Assembly (NCBI RefSeq): GCF_009914755.1 | Contig: NC_060948.1 | DNA: 64,000 nucleotides | Origin: the human T2T-CHM13v2.0 reference genome, Homo sapiens | Reading direction: 5' to 3' (one strand) | Part shown: one piece after another, positions 1 through 16,830 of the stretch | Layout of the letters: the number at the start of each line of letters is the position of its first letter | Position numbering within the stretch: position 1 is the stretch's first letter | The notes under the pieces: model-generated | What the model was told of the DNA's origin: nothing | The model's database searches: none | What the model saw: the letters and a program-made list of their open reading frames with translations, nothing else | Translations under genes and position numbers: made by a program

Positions 1-480
1 ATGAAACCTACTTATAACTGCATATGGAAAATACAGAGGATAATTTTTTAAATAACATATTTTGAAAGCCTTAACTAGTAATTTGAAGAGTTGGCATTTG
101 AAAGGCCAGTATGAATATACCTTCAAAGCAGCAACACAGGTTCCCCATGAGAAAAAGCAAACACAGGGAAAATAAAAACACAAAGGTTCAATCTCTTCTG
201 ACCTTTGAAAGACACAGCACAGACAGTGGTCCTTAGGACGAAGAGCAGGAGACCCCTAATTCCGTCACCATGGCGATAGGGCATAAACATTGCTGGGTGA
301 GGGCACAATCCACATTGTGAGGTCCAACTGCTGCCAGGAAGACAGGAGTGCTTTTACATAGACCGAAAGGTCATTGAAGGCTCAGAGTTTTGTTTCAAGA
401 TCTGAATCCCAAGCCCACACGTTATTAGGCTGCGCTTCTTAAAACAAGTTATGAGATGGGAAAAAGGGCACCCACAAACA
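1..480. repeat. HSATI-like unique-sequence subunit (partial, cut by window start)
   Basis: Non-simple sequence near-identical to 2421-2900; ends abruptly at CCCACAAACA before the AT-rich domain. Confidence 0.8.
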
Positions 481-2156
<1,676 letters not shown>

Positions 2157-2159
2157 TAG

Positions 2160-2189
2160 CTGGGACTACACCACACTGGGACTACACCA
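2160..2189. repeat. 14-bp direct repeat (CTGGGACTACACCA x2, period 16) inside the Alu right arm; present in all units
   Basis: CTGGGACTACACCA-CA-CTGGGACTACACCA; the Alu consensus has a single CTGGGACTACA. Confidence 0.9.
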
Positions 2190-2259
2190 GCTGCCACCAT
2201 GCCTAGCTAATTTTTTGGGTTTTTAGTAGTGACAGCGTTTCACTGTATTGGCCAGGATG

Positions 2260-2268
2260 GTCTTGATC
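2260..2268 (-). promoter_or_regulatory. Alu Pol III B-box-like motif (GATCAAGAC); activity unknown
   Basis: The reverse complement of GTCTTGATC fits GWTCRANNC at the canonical Alu left-arm B-box position. Confidence 0.5.
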
Positions 2269-2330
2269 TCTTCACCTTGTGATCCCCTTGCCTTGGCCTC
2301 CAAATTTGCTGGGATTACAGGCCTGAGCCA

Positions 2331-2900
2331 AGATCCATATTTTTTAAATGAAAAAAAATTTCAAAGGTACTCTGCTTGGTACAATAATCAAATGTATAAA
2401 CTGAGGAATAAAACATAACCATGAAACCTACTTATAACTGCATATGGAAAATACAGAGGATAATTTTTTAAATAACATATTTTGAAAGCCTTAACTATTA
2501 ATTTGAAGAGTTGGCATTTGAAAGGCCAGTATGAATATACCTTCAAAGCAGCAACACAGGTACCCCATGAGAAAAAGCAAACTCAGGGAAAATAAAACCA
2601 CAAAGGTTCAATCTCTTCTGACCTTTGAAAGACACAGCACAGACAGTGGTCCTTAGGACGAAGAGCAGGAGACCCCTAATTCCGTCACCATGGCGATAGG
2701 GCATAAACATTGCTGGGTGAGGGCACAATCCACATTGTGAGGTCCAACTGCTGCCAGGAAGACAGGAGTGCTTTTACATAGACCGAAAGGTCATTGAAGG
2801 CTCAGAGTTTTGTTTCAAGAACTGAATCCCAAGCCCACACGTTATTAGGCAGCGCTTCTTAAAACAAGTTATGAGATGGGAAAAAGGGCACCCACAAACA
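2331..2900. repeat. HSATI-like subunit (~570 bp), representative full copy; recurs after every Alu
   Basis: Runs from the Alu 5' junction (AGATCCATAT) to CCCACAAACA and is near-identical in all units. The name is assigned from the known DYZ2 tripartite structure, not from an alignment. Confidence 0.8.
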
Positions 2901-4435
2901 TACGTATACATTATGTATATAATAATATAGAGTGTCATATATATAATATATATAACTTATGTATAATATTGTTTTACATCCTGCATCTTATGTTATATAT
3001 ATTGTATAAAATATAGTAATTGATAATATATAAGTTTTATAATTATACAATATGACATATAGTATATATTATAATTTATGACATATATAATATATGTTAT
3101 ATATCATATACAGAATATATTATACGGTTAATATTCGTATTAAATATAAATTATACATTATATATATTATATATAATATATCTGTTATATATAATACCCA
3201 TTATGCATAATATATATATTATGTCTATGTTATATATAGTATAAAACAACATATAATAATATATAATTGTATATATAAAATGCGACATATAATATATATT
3301 ATATTTTATAACATATGTAATATATATTATATATTATATATAATACGTTGTATGTATAATACCTATATTAAATATATATTATATGACTATGTTATTAATT
3401 ACATGTCACATGTGTTATATATTATATATTTTACATAGAATATACCGGTTTCATACAATATATACCATGTTACCTATAATGTATAATTTATTACATGTAA
3501 AATAAAGAATGCAATATATTATGTATAATTTATAATATACAATATGTGGAATGTGATATATATAACATATAATATATGATATATGATATACAGTATATGA
3601 TATATAACATACAATATATGATTCCTAATATATATGGTATACAGTATATATTTTATGATATGTATTCTATATGTTTTATATTCTGTTATATATAACTATT
3701 TGAAATTATATATAACTGTATAATATTTTATGTAAATATGTAATATAATATATATAACTATATAATATATTATATATAACTATATATTATGTTATATATA
3801 CTTTTATATCATAATTTACATAAAATATCATAATATAATATATATTATATTATTTCATATTACATAATATATATTACATATCACCCAATATAACTAACAT
3901 ACATAATATTATAATATAGATTATATTATGTTATATTAAATATCATATATATCATGTATCATATATTCTATAATATATATTACACATTATATAATATGTA
4001 TGTTGTCTATTATGTGATATATATAACTATATATATAATTATATTTTTATACATATAACTAGATAAACATGTAATTCTACATATTTTCATTTATAATATG
4101 TAGAAGTATATAATCATATATAATTATTTATATTCTATAAAAAATTTTATCATTATATAAATTATAATATATAAAAATTATAATATGTACTACAAATATA
4201 TATATTATATATCATATATGATATAGTACCTTTGTTATATATCATAATACATATAAATGTGTATTATGTTATCTATAATTATATAATTTCATATATAAGA
4301 TGTATAATATGTATCATATATTATATATGTTATGTAATATATATAGTATATATAAGATGACACAGGATAAATATTATATACTATGACATATAAAATATAT
4401 GAGGTTATATGTTACATATAAGGCATAGCACATAA

Positions 4436-4750
<315 letters not shown>

Positions 4751-6853
4751 AGATCCATATTTTTTAAATGAAAAACAATTTCAAAGGTACTCTGCTTGGT
4801 ACAATAATCAAATGTATAAACTGAGGAATAAAACATAACCATGAAACCTACTTATAACTGCATATGGAAAATACAGAGGATAATTTTTTAAATAACATAG
4901 TTTGAAAGCCTTAACTAGTAATTTGAAGAGTTGGCATTTGAAAGGCCAGTATGAATATACCTTCAAAGCAGCAACACAGGTTCCCCATGAGAAAAAGCAA
5001 ACACAGGGAAAATAAAAACACAAAGGTTCAATCTCTTCTGACCTTTGAAAGACACAGCACAGACAGTGGTCCTTAGGACGAAGAGCAGGAGACCCCTAAT
5101 TCCGTCACCATGGCGATAGGGCATAAACATTGCTGGGTGAGGGCACAATCCACATTGTGAGGTCCAACTGCTGCCAGGAAGACAGGAGTGCTTTTACATA
5201 GACCGAAAGGTCATTGAAGGCTCAGAGTTTTGTTTCAAGAACTGAATCCCAAGCCCACACGTTATTAGGCAGCGCTTCTTAAAACAAGTTATGAGATGGG
5301 AAAAAGGGCACCCACAAACATACGTATACATTATGTATATAATAATATACAGTGTCATATATATAATATATATAACCTATGTATAATATTGTTTTACATC
5401 CTGCATCTTATGTTATATATATTGTATAAAATATAATAATTGATAATATATAACTTTTATAATTATACAATATGACATATAGTATATATTATAATTTATG
5501 ACATATATAATATATGTTATATATCATATACAGAATATATTATACGGTTAATATACGTATTAAATATAAATTATACATTATATATATTATATATAATATA
5601 TCTGTTATATATAATACCCATTATGCATAATATATATATTATGTCTATGTTATATATAGTATAAAACAACATATAATAATATATAATTGTATATATAAAA
5701 TGCGACATATAATATATATTATATTTTATAACATATGTAATATATATTATATATTATATATAATACGTTGTATGTATAATACCTATATTAAATATATATT
5801 ATATGACTATGTTATTAATTACATGTCACATGTGTTATATATTATATATTTTACATAGAATATACCGGTTTCATACAATATATACTATGTTACCTATAAT
5901 GTATAATTTATTACATGTAAAATAAAGAATGCAATATATTATGTATAATTTATAATATACAATATGTGGAATGTGATATATATAACATATAATATATGAT
6001 ATATGATATACAGTATATGATATATAACATACAATATATGATTCCTAATATATATGGTATACAGTATATATTTTATGATATGTATTCTATATGTTTTATA
6101 TTCTGTTATATATAACTATTTGAAATTATATATAACTGTATAATATTTTATGTAAATATGTAATATAATATATATAACTATATAATATATTATATATAAC
6201 TATATATTATGTTATATATACTTTTATATCATAATTTACATAAAATATCATAATATAATATATATTATATTATTTCATATTACATAATATATATTACATA
6301 TCACCCAATATAACTAACATACATAATATTATAATATAGATTATATTGTGTTATATTAAATATCATATATATCATGTATCATATATTCTATAATATATAT
6401 TATACATTATATAATATGTATGTTGTCTATTATGTGATATATATAACTATATATATAATTATATTTTTATACATATAACTAGATAAACATGTAATTCTAC
6501 ATATTTTCATTTATAATATGTAGAATTATATAATCATATATAATTATTTATATTCTATAAAAAATTTTATCATTATATAAATTATAATATATAAAAATTA
6601 TAATATGTACTACAAATATATATTATATATCATATATGATATAGTACCTTTGTTATATATCATAATACATATAAATGTGTATTATGTTATCTATAATTAT
6701 ATAATTTCATATATAAGATGTATAATATGTATCATATATTATATATGTTATGTAATATATATAGTATATATAAGATGACACAGGATAAATATTATACACT
6801 ATGAGATATAAAATATATGAGGTTATATGTTACATATAAGGCATAGCACATAA

Positions 6854-7168
<315 letters not shown>

Positions 7169-9264
7169 AGATCCATATTTTTTAAATGAAAAAAAATTTC
7201 AAAGGTACTCTGCTTGGTACAATAATCAAATGTATAAACTGAGGAATAAAACATAACCATGAAACCTACTTATAACTGCATATGGAAAATACAGAGGATA
7301 ATTTTTTAAATAACATATTTTGAAAGCCTTAACTAGTAATTTGAAGAGTTGGCATTTGAAAGGCCAGTATGAATATACCTTCAAAGCAGCAACACAGGTT
7401 CCCCATGAGAAAAAGCAAACACAGGGAAAATAAAAACACAAAGGTTCAATCTCTTCTGACCTTTGAAAGACACAGCACAGACAGTGGTCCTTAGGACGAA
7501 GAGCAGGAGACCCCTAATTCCGTCACCATGGCGATAGGGCATAAACATTGCTGGGTGAGGGCACAATCCACATTGTGAGGTCCAGCTGCTGCCAGGAAGA
7601 AAGGAGTGCTTTTACATAGACCAAAAGGTCATTGAAGGCTCAGAGTTTTGTTTCAAGAACTGAATCCCAAGCCCACACGTTATTAGGCTGCGCTTCTTAA
7701 AACAAGTTATGAGATGGGAAAAAGGGCACCCACAAACATACGTATACATTATGTATATAATAATATAGAGTGTCATATATATAATATATATAACCTATGT
7801 ATAATATTGTTTTACATCCTGCATCTTATGTTATATATATTGTATAAAATATAATAATTGATAATATATAAGTTTTATAATTATACAATATGACATATAG
7901 TATATATTATAATTTATGACATATATAATATATGTTATATATCATATATAGAATATATTATACGGTTAATATACGTATTAAATATAAATTATACATTATA
8001 TATATTATATATAATATATCTGTTATATATAATAACCATTATGCATAATATATATATTATGTCTATGTTATATATAGTATAAAACAACATATAATAATAT
8101 ATAATTGTATTTATAAAATGCGACATATAATATATATTATATTTTATAACATATGTAATATATATTATATATAATACGTTGTATGTATAATACCTATATT
8201 AAATATATATTATATGACTATGTTATTAATTACATGTCACATGTGTTATATATTATATATTTTACATAGAATATACCGGTTACATACAATATATACTATG
8301 TTACCTATAATGTATAATTTATTACATGTAAAATAAAGAATGCAATATATTATGTATAATTTATAATATACAATATGTGGAATGTGATATATATAACATA
8401 TAATATATGATATATGATATACAGTATATGATATATAACATACAATATATGATTCCTAATATATATGGTATACAATATATATTTTATGATATGTATTCTA
8501 TATGTTTTATATTCTGTTATATATAACTATTTGAAACTATATATAACTGTATAATATTTTATGTAAATATGTAATATAATATATATAACTATATAATATA
8601 TTATATATAACTATATATTATGTTATATATACTTTTATAACATAATTTACATAAAATATCATAATATAATATATATTATATTATTTCATATTACATAATA
8701 TATATTACATATCACCCAATATAACTAACATACCTAATATTATAATATAGATTATATTATGTTATATTAAATATCATATATATCATGTATCATATATTCT
8801 ATAATATATATTACACATTATATAATATGTATGTTGTCTATTATGTGATATATATAACTATATATATAATTATATTTTTATACATATAACTAGATAAACG
8901 TAATTCTACATATTTTCATTTATAATATGTAGAATGATATAATCATATATAATTATTTATATTCTATAAAAAATTTTATCATTATATAAATTATAATATA
9001 TAAAAATTATAATATGTACTACAAATATATATATTATATATCATATATGATATAGTACCTTTGTTATATATCATAATACATATAAATGTGTATTATGTTA
9101 TCTATAATTATATAATTTCATATATAAGATGTATAATATGTATCATATATTATATATGTTATGTAATATATATAGTATATATAAGATGACACAGGATAAA
9201 TATTATATACTATGACATATAAAATATATGAGGTTATATGTTACATATAAGGCATAGCACATAA

Positions 9265-9579
<315 letters not shown>

Positions 9580-11682
9580 AGATCCATATTTTTTAAATGA
9601 AAAAAAATTTCAAAGGTACTCTGCTTGGTACAATAATCAAATGTATAAACTGAGGAATAAAACATAACCATGAAACCTACTTATAACTGCATATGGAAAA
9701 TACAGAGGATAATTTTTTAAATAACATATTTTGAAAGCCTTAACTAGTAATTTGAAGAGTTGGCATTTGAAAGGCCAGTATGAATATACCTTCAAAGCAG
9801 CAACACAGGTTCCCCATGAGAAAAAGCAAACACAGGGAAAGTAAAAACACAAAGGTTCAATCTCTTCTGACCTTTGAAAGACACAGCACAGACAGTGGTC
9901 CTTAGGACGAAGAGCAGGAGACCCCTAATTCCGTCACCATGGCGATAGGGCATAAACATTGCTGGGTGAGGGCACAATCCACATTGTGAGGTCCAACTGC
10001 TGCCAGGAAGACAGGAGTGCTTTTACATAGACCGAAAGGTCATTGAAGGCTCAGAGTTTTGTTTCAAGAACTGAATCCCAAGCCCACACGTTATTAGGCT
10101 GCGCTTCTTAAAACAAGTTGTGAGATGAGAAAAAGGGCACCCACAAACATACGTATACATTATGTATATAATAATATACAGTGTCATATATATAATATAT
10201 ATAACCTATGTATAATATTGTTTTACATCCTGCATCTTATGTTATTTATATTGTATAAAATATAATAATTGATAATATATAAGTTTTATAATTATACAAT
10301 ATGACATATAGTATATATTATAATTTATGACATATATAATATATGTTATATATCATATATAGAATATATTATACGGTTAATATACGTATTAAATATAAAT
10401 TATACATTATATATATTATATATAATATATCTGGTATATATAATACCCATTATGCATAATATATATATTATGTCTATGTTATATATAGTATAAAACAACA
10501 TATAATAATATATAATTGTATATATAAAATGCGACATATAATATATATTATATTTTATAACATATGTAATATATATTATATATTATATATAATACGTTGT
10601 ATGTATAATACCTATATTAAATATATAATATGACTATGTTATTAATTACATGTCACATGTGTTATATATTATATATTTTACATAGAATATACCGGTTACA
10701 TACAATATATACTATGTTACCTATAATGTATAATTTATTACATGTAAAATAAAGAATGCAATATATTATGTATAATTTATAATATACAATATGTGGAATG
10801 TGATATATATAACATATAATATATGATATATGATATACAGTATATGATATATAACATACAATATATGATTCCTAATCTATATGGTATACAATATATATTT
10901 TATGATATGTATTCTATATGTTTTATATTCTGTTATATATAACTATTTGAAATTATATATAACTGTATAATATTTTATGTAAATATGTAATATAATATAT
11001 ATAACTATATAATATATTATATATAACTATATATTATGTTATATATACTTTTATATCATAATTTACATAAAATATCATAATATAATATATATTATATTAT
11101 TTCATATTACATAATATATATTACATATCACCCAATATAACTAACATACATAATATTATAATATAGATTATATTATGTTATATTAAATATCATATATATC
11201 ATGTATCATATATTCTATAATATATATTACACATTATATAATATGTATGTTGTCTATTATGTGATATATATAACTATATAAATAGTTATATTTTTATACA
11301 TATAACTAGATAAACATGTAATTCTACATATTTTCATTTATAATATGTAGAATTATATAATCATATATAATTATTTATATTCTATAAAAAATTTTATCAT
11401 TATATAAATTATAATATATAAAAATTATAATATGTACTACAAATATATATATTATATATCATATATGATATAGTACCTTTGTTATATATCATAATACATA
11501 TAAATGTGTATTATGTTATCTATAATTATATAATTTCATATATAAGATGTATAATATGTATCATATATTATATATGTTATGTAATATATATAGTATATAT
11601 AAGATGACACAGGATAAATATTATATACTATGACATATAAAATATATGAGGTTATATGTTACATATAAGGCATAGCACATAA

Positions 11683-11997
<315 letters not shown>

Positions 11998-14125
11998 AGA
12001 TCCATATTTTTTAAATGAAAAAAAATTTCAAAGGTACTCTGCTTGGTACAATAATCAAATGTATAAACTGAGGAATAAAACATAACCATGAAACCTACTT
12101 ATAACTGCATATGGAAAATACAGAGGATAATTTTTTAAATAACATATTTTGAAAGCCTTAACTAGTAATTTGAAGAGTTGGCATTTGAAAGGCCAGTATG
12201 AATATACCTTCAAAGCAGCAACACAGGTTCCCCATGAGAAAAAGCAAACACAGGGAAAATAAAAACACAAAGGTTCAATCTCTTCTGACCTTTGAAAGAC
12301 ACAGCACAGACAGTGGTCCTTAGGACGAAGAGCAGGAGACCCCTAATTCCGTCACCATGGCGATAGGGCATAAACATTGCTGGGTGAGGGCACAATCCAC
12401 ATTGTGAGGTCCAACTGCTGCCAGGAAGACAGGAGTGCTTTAACATAGACCGAAAGGTCATTGAAGGCTCAGAGTTTTGTTTCAAGAACTGAATCCCAAG
12501 CCCACACGTTATTAGGCTGCGCTTCTTAAAACAAGTTATGAGATGGGAAAAAGGGCACCCACAAACATACGTATACATTATGTATATAATAATATACAGT
12601 GTCATATATATAATATATATAACCTATGTATAATATTGTTTTACATCCTGCATCTTATGTTATTTATATTGTATAAAATATAATAATTGATAATATATAA
12701 GTTTTATAATTATGCAATATGACATATGGTATATATTATAATTTATGACATATATAATATATGTTATATATCATATATAGAATATATTATACGGTTAATA
12801 TACGTATTAAATATAAATTATACATTATATATATTATATATAATATATCTGTTATATATAATACCCATTATGCATAATATATATATTATGTCTATGTTAT
12901 ATATAGTGTAAAACAACATATAATAATATATAATTGTATATATAAAATGCGACATATAATATATATTATATTTTATAACATATGTAATATATATTATATA
13001 TTATATATAATACGTTGTATGTATAATACCTATATTAAATATATATTATATGACTATGTTATTAATTACATGTCACATGTGTTATATATTATATATTTTA
13101 CATAGAATATACCGGTTACATACAATATATACTATGTTACCTATAATGTATAATTTATTACATGTAAAATAAAGAATGCAATATATTATGTAAAATTTAT
13201 AATATACAATATGTGGAATGTGATATATATAACATATAATATATGATATATGATATACAGTATATGATATATAACATACAATATATGATTCCTAATATAT
13301 ATGGTATACAATATATATTTTATGATATGTATCCTATATGTTTTATATTCTGTTATATATAACTATTTGAAATTATATATAAATGTATAATATTTTATGT
13401 AAATATGTAATATAATATATATAACTATATAATATATTATATATAACTATATATTATGTTATATATATTTTTATAACATAATTTACATAAAATATCAGAA
13501 TATAATATATATTATATTATTTCATATTACATAATATATATTACATATCACCCAATATAACTAACATACATAATATTATAATATAGATTATATTGTGTTA
13601 TATTAAATATCATATATATCTTGTATCATATATTCTATAATATATATTACACATTATATAATATGTATGTTGTCTATTATGTGATATATATAACTATATA
13701 TATAATTATATTTTTATACATATAACTAGATAAACATGTAATTCTACATATTTTCATTTATAATATGTAGAATTATATAATCATATATAATTATTTATAT
13801 TCTATAAAAAATTTTATCATTATATAAATTATAATATATAAAAATTATAATATGTACTACAAATATATATATTATATATCATATATGATATAGTACCTTT
13901 GTTATATATCACAATACATATAAATGTGTATTATGTTATCTATAATTATATAATTTCATATATAAGATGTATAATATGTATCTTATATTATATAAGTTAT
14001 GTAATATATATAGTATATATAAGATGACACAGGATAAATATTATATACTATGACATATAAAATATATGAGGTTATATGTTACATATAAGGCATAGCACAT
14101 AACATGTAATATATATCATATATAA

Positions 14126-14417
14126 TTTTTTTTTAGACAGAATCTTGTCCTGTTGCACATGGTGGGGTACAATGGCGCCATCTTTGCTCACTGCAACTTC
14201 TGCCTCACGGGTCCAAGCGATTGTCCTCCCTCAGCCTCCCAGGTAGCTGGGACTACACCACACTGGGACTACACCAGCTGCCACCATGCCTAGCTAATTT
14301 TTTGGATTTTTAGTAGTGACAGCGTTTCACTGTATTGGCCAGGATGGTCTTGATCTCTTCACCTTGTGATCCCCTTGCCTTGGCCTCCAAATTTGCTGGG
14401 ATTACAGGCCTGAGCCA
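14126..14417 (-). mobile_element. Alu, unit 6 (A-type)
   Basis: Near-identical to 2039-2330; variant GCACATGGTG. Confidence 0.95.
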
Positions 14418-16538
14418 AGATCCATATTTTGTAAATGAAAAAAAATTTCAAAGGTACTCTGCTTGGTACAATAATCAAATGTATAAACTGAGGAATAAAA
14501 CATAACCATGAAACCTACTTATAACTGCATATGGAAAATACAGAGGATAATTTTTTAAATAACATATTTTGAAAGCCTTAACTAGTAATTTGAAGAGTTG
14601 GCATTTGAAAGGCCAGTATGAATATACCTTCAAAGCAGCAACACAGGTTCCCCATGAGAAAAAGCAAACACAGGGAAAATAAAAACACAAAGGTTCAATC
14701 TCTTCTGACCTTTGAAAGACACAGCACAGACAGTGGTCCTTAGGACGAAGAGCAGGAGACCCCTAATTCCGTCACCATGGCGATAGGGCATAAACATTGC
14801 TGGGTGAGGGCACAATCCACATTGTGAGGTCCAACTGCTGCCAGGAAGACAGGAGTGCTTTTACATAGACCGAAAGGTCATTGAAGGCTCAGAGTTTTGT
14901 TTCAAGAACTGAATCCCAAGCCCACACGTTATTAGGCTGCGCTTCTTAAAACAAGTTATGAGATGGGAAAAAGGGCACCCACAAACATACGTATACATTA
15001 TGTATAAAATAATATACAGTGTCATATATATAATATATATAACCTAGGTATAATATTGTTTTACATCCTGCATCTTATGTTATTTATATTGTATAAAATA
15101 TAATAATTGATAATATATAAGTTTTATAATTATACAATACGACATATAGTATATATTATAATTTATGACATATAAAATATATGTTATATATCATATATAG
15201 AATATATTATACGGTTAATATACGTATTAAATATAAATTATACATTATATATATTATATATAATATATCTGTTATATATAATACTCATTATGCATAATAT
15301 ATATATTATGTCTATGTTATATATAGTATAAAACAACATATAATAATATATAATTGTATATATAAAATGCGACATATAATATATATTATATTTTATAACA
15401 TATGTAATATATATTATATATAATACGTTGTATGTATAATACCTATATTAAATATATATTATATGACTATGTTATTAATTACATGTCACATGTGTTATAT
15501 ATTATATATTTTACATAGAATATACCGGTTACATACAATATATACTATGTTACCTATAATGTATAATTTATTACATGTAAAATAAAGAATGCAATATATT
15601 ATGTATAATTTATAATATACAATATGTGGAATGTGATACATATAACATATAATATATGATATATGATATACAGTACATGATATATAACATACAATATATG
15701 ATTCCTAATATATATGGTATACAATATATATTTTATGATATGTATCCTATATGTTTTATATTCTGTTATATATAACTATTTGAAATTATATATAACTGTA
15801 TAATATTTTATGTAAATATGTAACATAATATATATAACTATATAATATATTATATATAACTATATATTATGTTATATATACTTTTATAACATAATTTACA
15901 TAAAATATCATAATATAATATATATTATATTATTTCATATTACATAATATATATTACATATCACCCAATATAACTAACATACATAATATTATAATATAGA
16001 TTATATTGTGTTATATTAAATATCATATATATCTTGTATCATATATTCTATAATATATATTACACATTATATAATATGTATGTTGTCTATTATGTGATAT
16101 ATATAACTATATATATAATTATATTTTTATACATATAACTAGATAAACATGTAATTCTACATATTTTCATTTATAATATGTAGAATTATATAATCATATA
16201 TAATTATTTATATTCTATAAAAAATTTTATCATTATATAAATTATAATATATAAAAATTATAATATGTACTACAAATATATATATTATATATCATATATG
16301 ATATAGTACCTTTGTTATATATCACAATACATATAAATGTGTATTATGTTATCTATAATTATATAATTTCATATATAAGATGTATAATATGTATCTTATA
16401 TTATATAAGTTATGTAATATATATAGTATATATAAGATGACACAGGATAAATATTATATACTATGACATATAAAATATATGAGGTTATATGTTACATATA
16501 AGGCATAGCACATAACATGTAATATATATCATATATAA

Positions 16539-16830
16539 TTTTTTTTTAGACAGAATCTTGTCCTGTTGCACATGGTGGGGTACAATGGCGCCATCTTTGC
16601 TCACTGCAACTTCTGCCTCACGGGTCCAAGCGATTGTCCTCCCTCAGCCTCCCAGGTAGCTGGGACTACACCACACTGGGACTACACCAGCTGCCATCAT
16701 GCCTAGCTAATTTTTTGGATTTTTAGTAGTGACAGCGTTTCACTGTATTGGCCAGGATGGTCTTGATCTCTTCACCTTGTGATCCCCTTGCCTTGGCCTC
16801 CAAATTTGCTGGGATTACAGGCCTGAGCCA
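16539..16830 (-). mobile_element. Alu, unit 7 (A-type)
   Basis: Near-identical to 2039-2330; variant GCACATGGTG. Confidence 0.95.

Noticed and set aside
123-308. 61-aa minus-strand ORF (MCPHPAMF...) repeated in all units
   Set aside because: It starts at a non-ATG codon, is short and has no recognisable domain. Its recurrence follows from DNA tandem repetition, and the variants include many amino-acid changes.
2400-2545. Splice-acceptor-like motifs on the minus strand (TTTTCCATATGCAG, TTTTATTCCTCAG) and plus-strand AATAAA hexamers
   Set aside because: Expected by chance in AT-rich DNA; no coherent exon structure can be seen without transcript data.
4808-5023. 71-aa minus-strand ORF (MCFYFPCV...) and its 80-aa and 109-aa variants
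   Set aside because: It is broken by a single substitution in many units, overlaps the other ORF in another frame, and has a non-ATG start.
12210-12605. 131-aa ORF unique to U6
   Set aside because: Created by one substitution (TTTTACAT to TTTAACAT near 12442) that removes a stop codon; a chance extension into AT-rich sequence.
12726-12911. Ile/Tyr-rich ORFs (also at 20149, 20323, 25165, 53789, 58621)
   Set aside because: Translations of TA low-complexity DNA.
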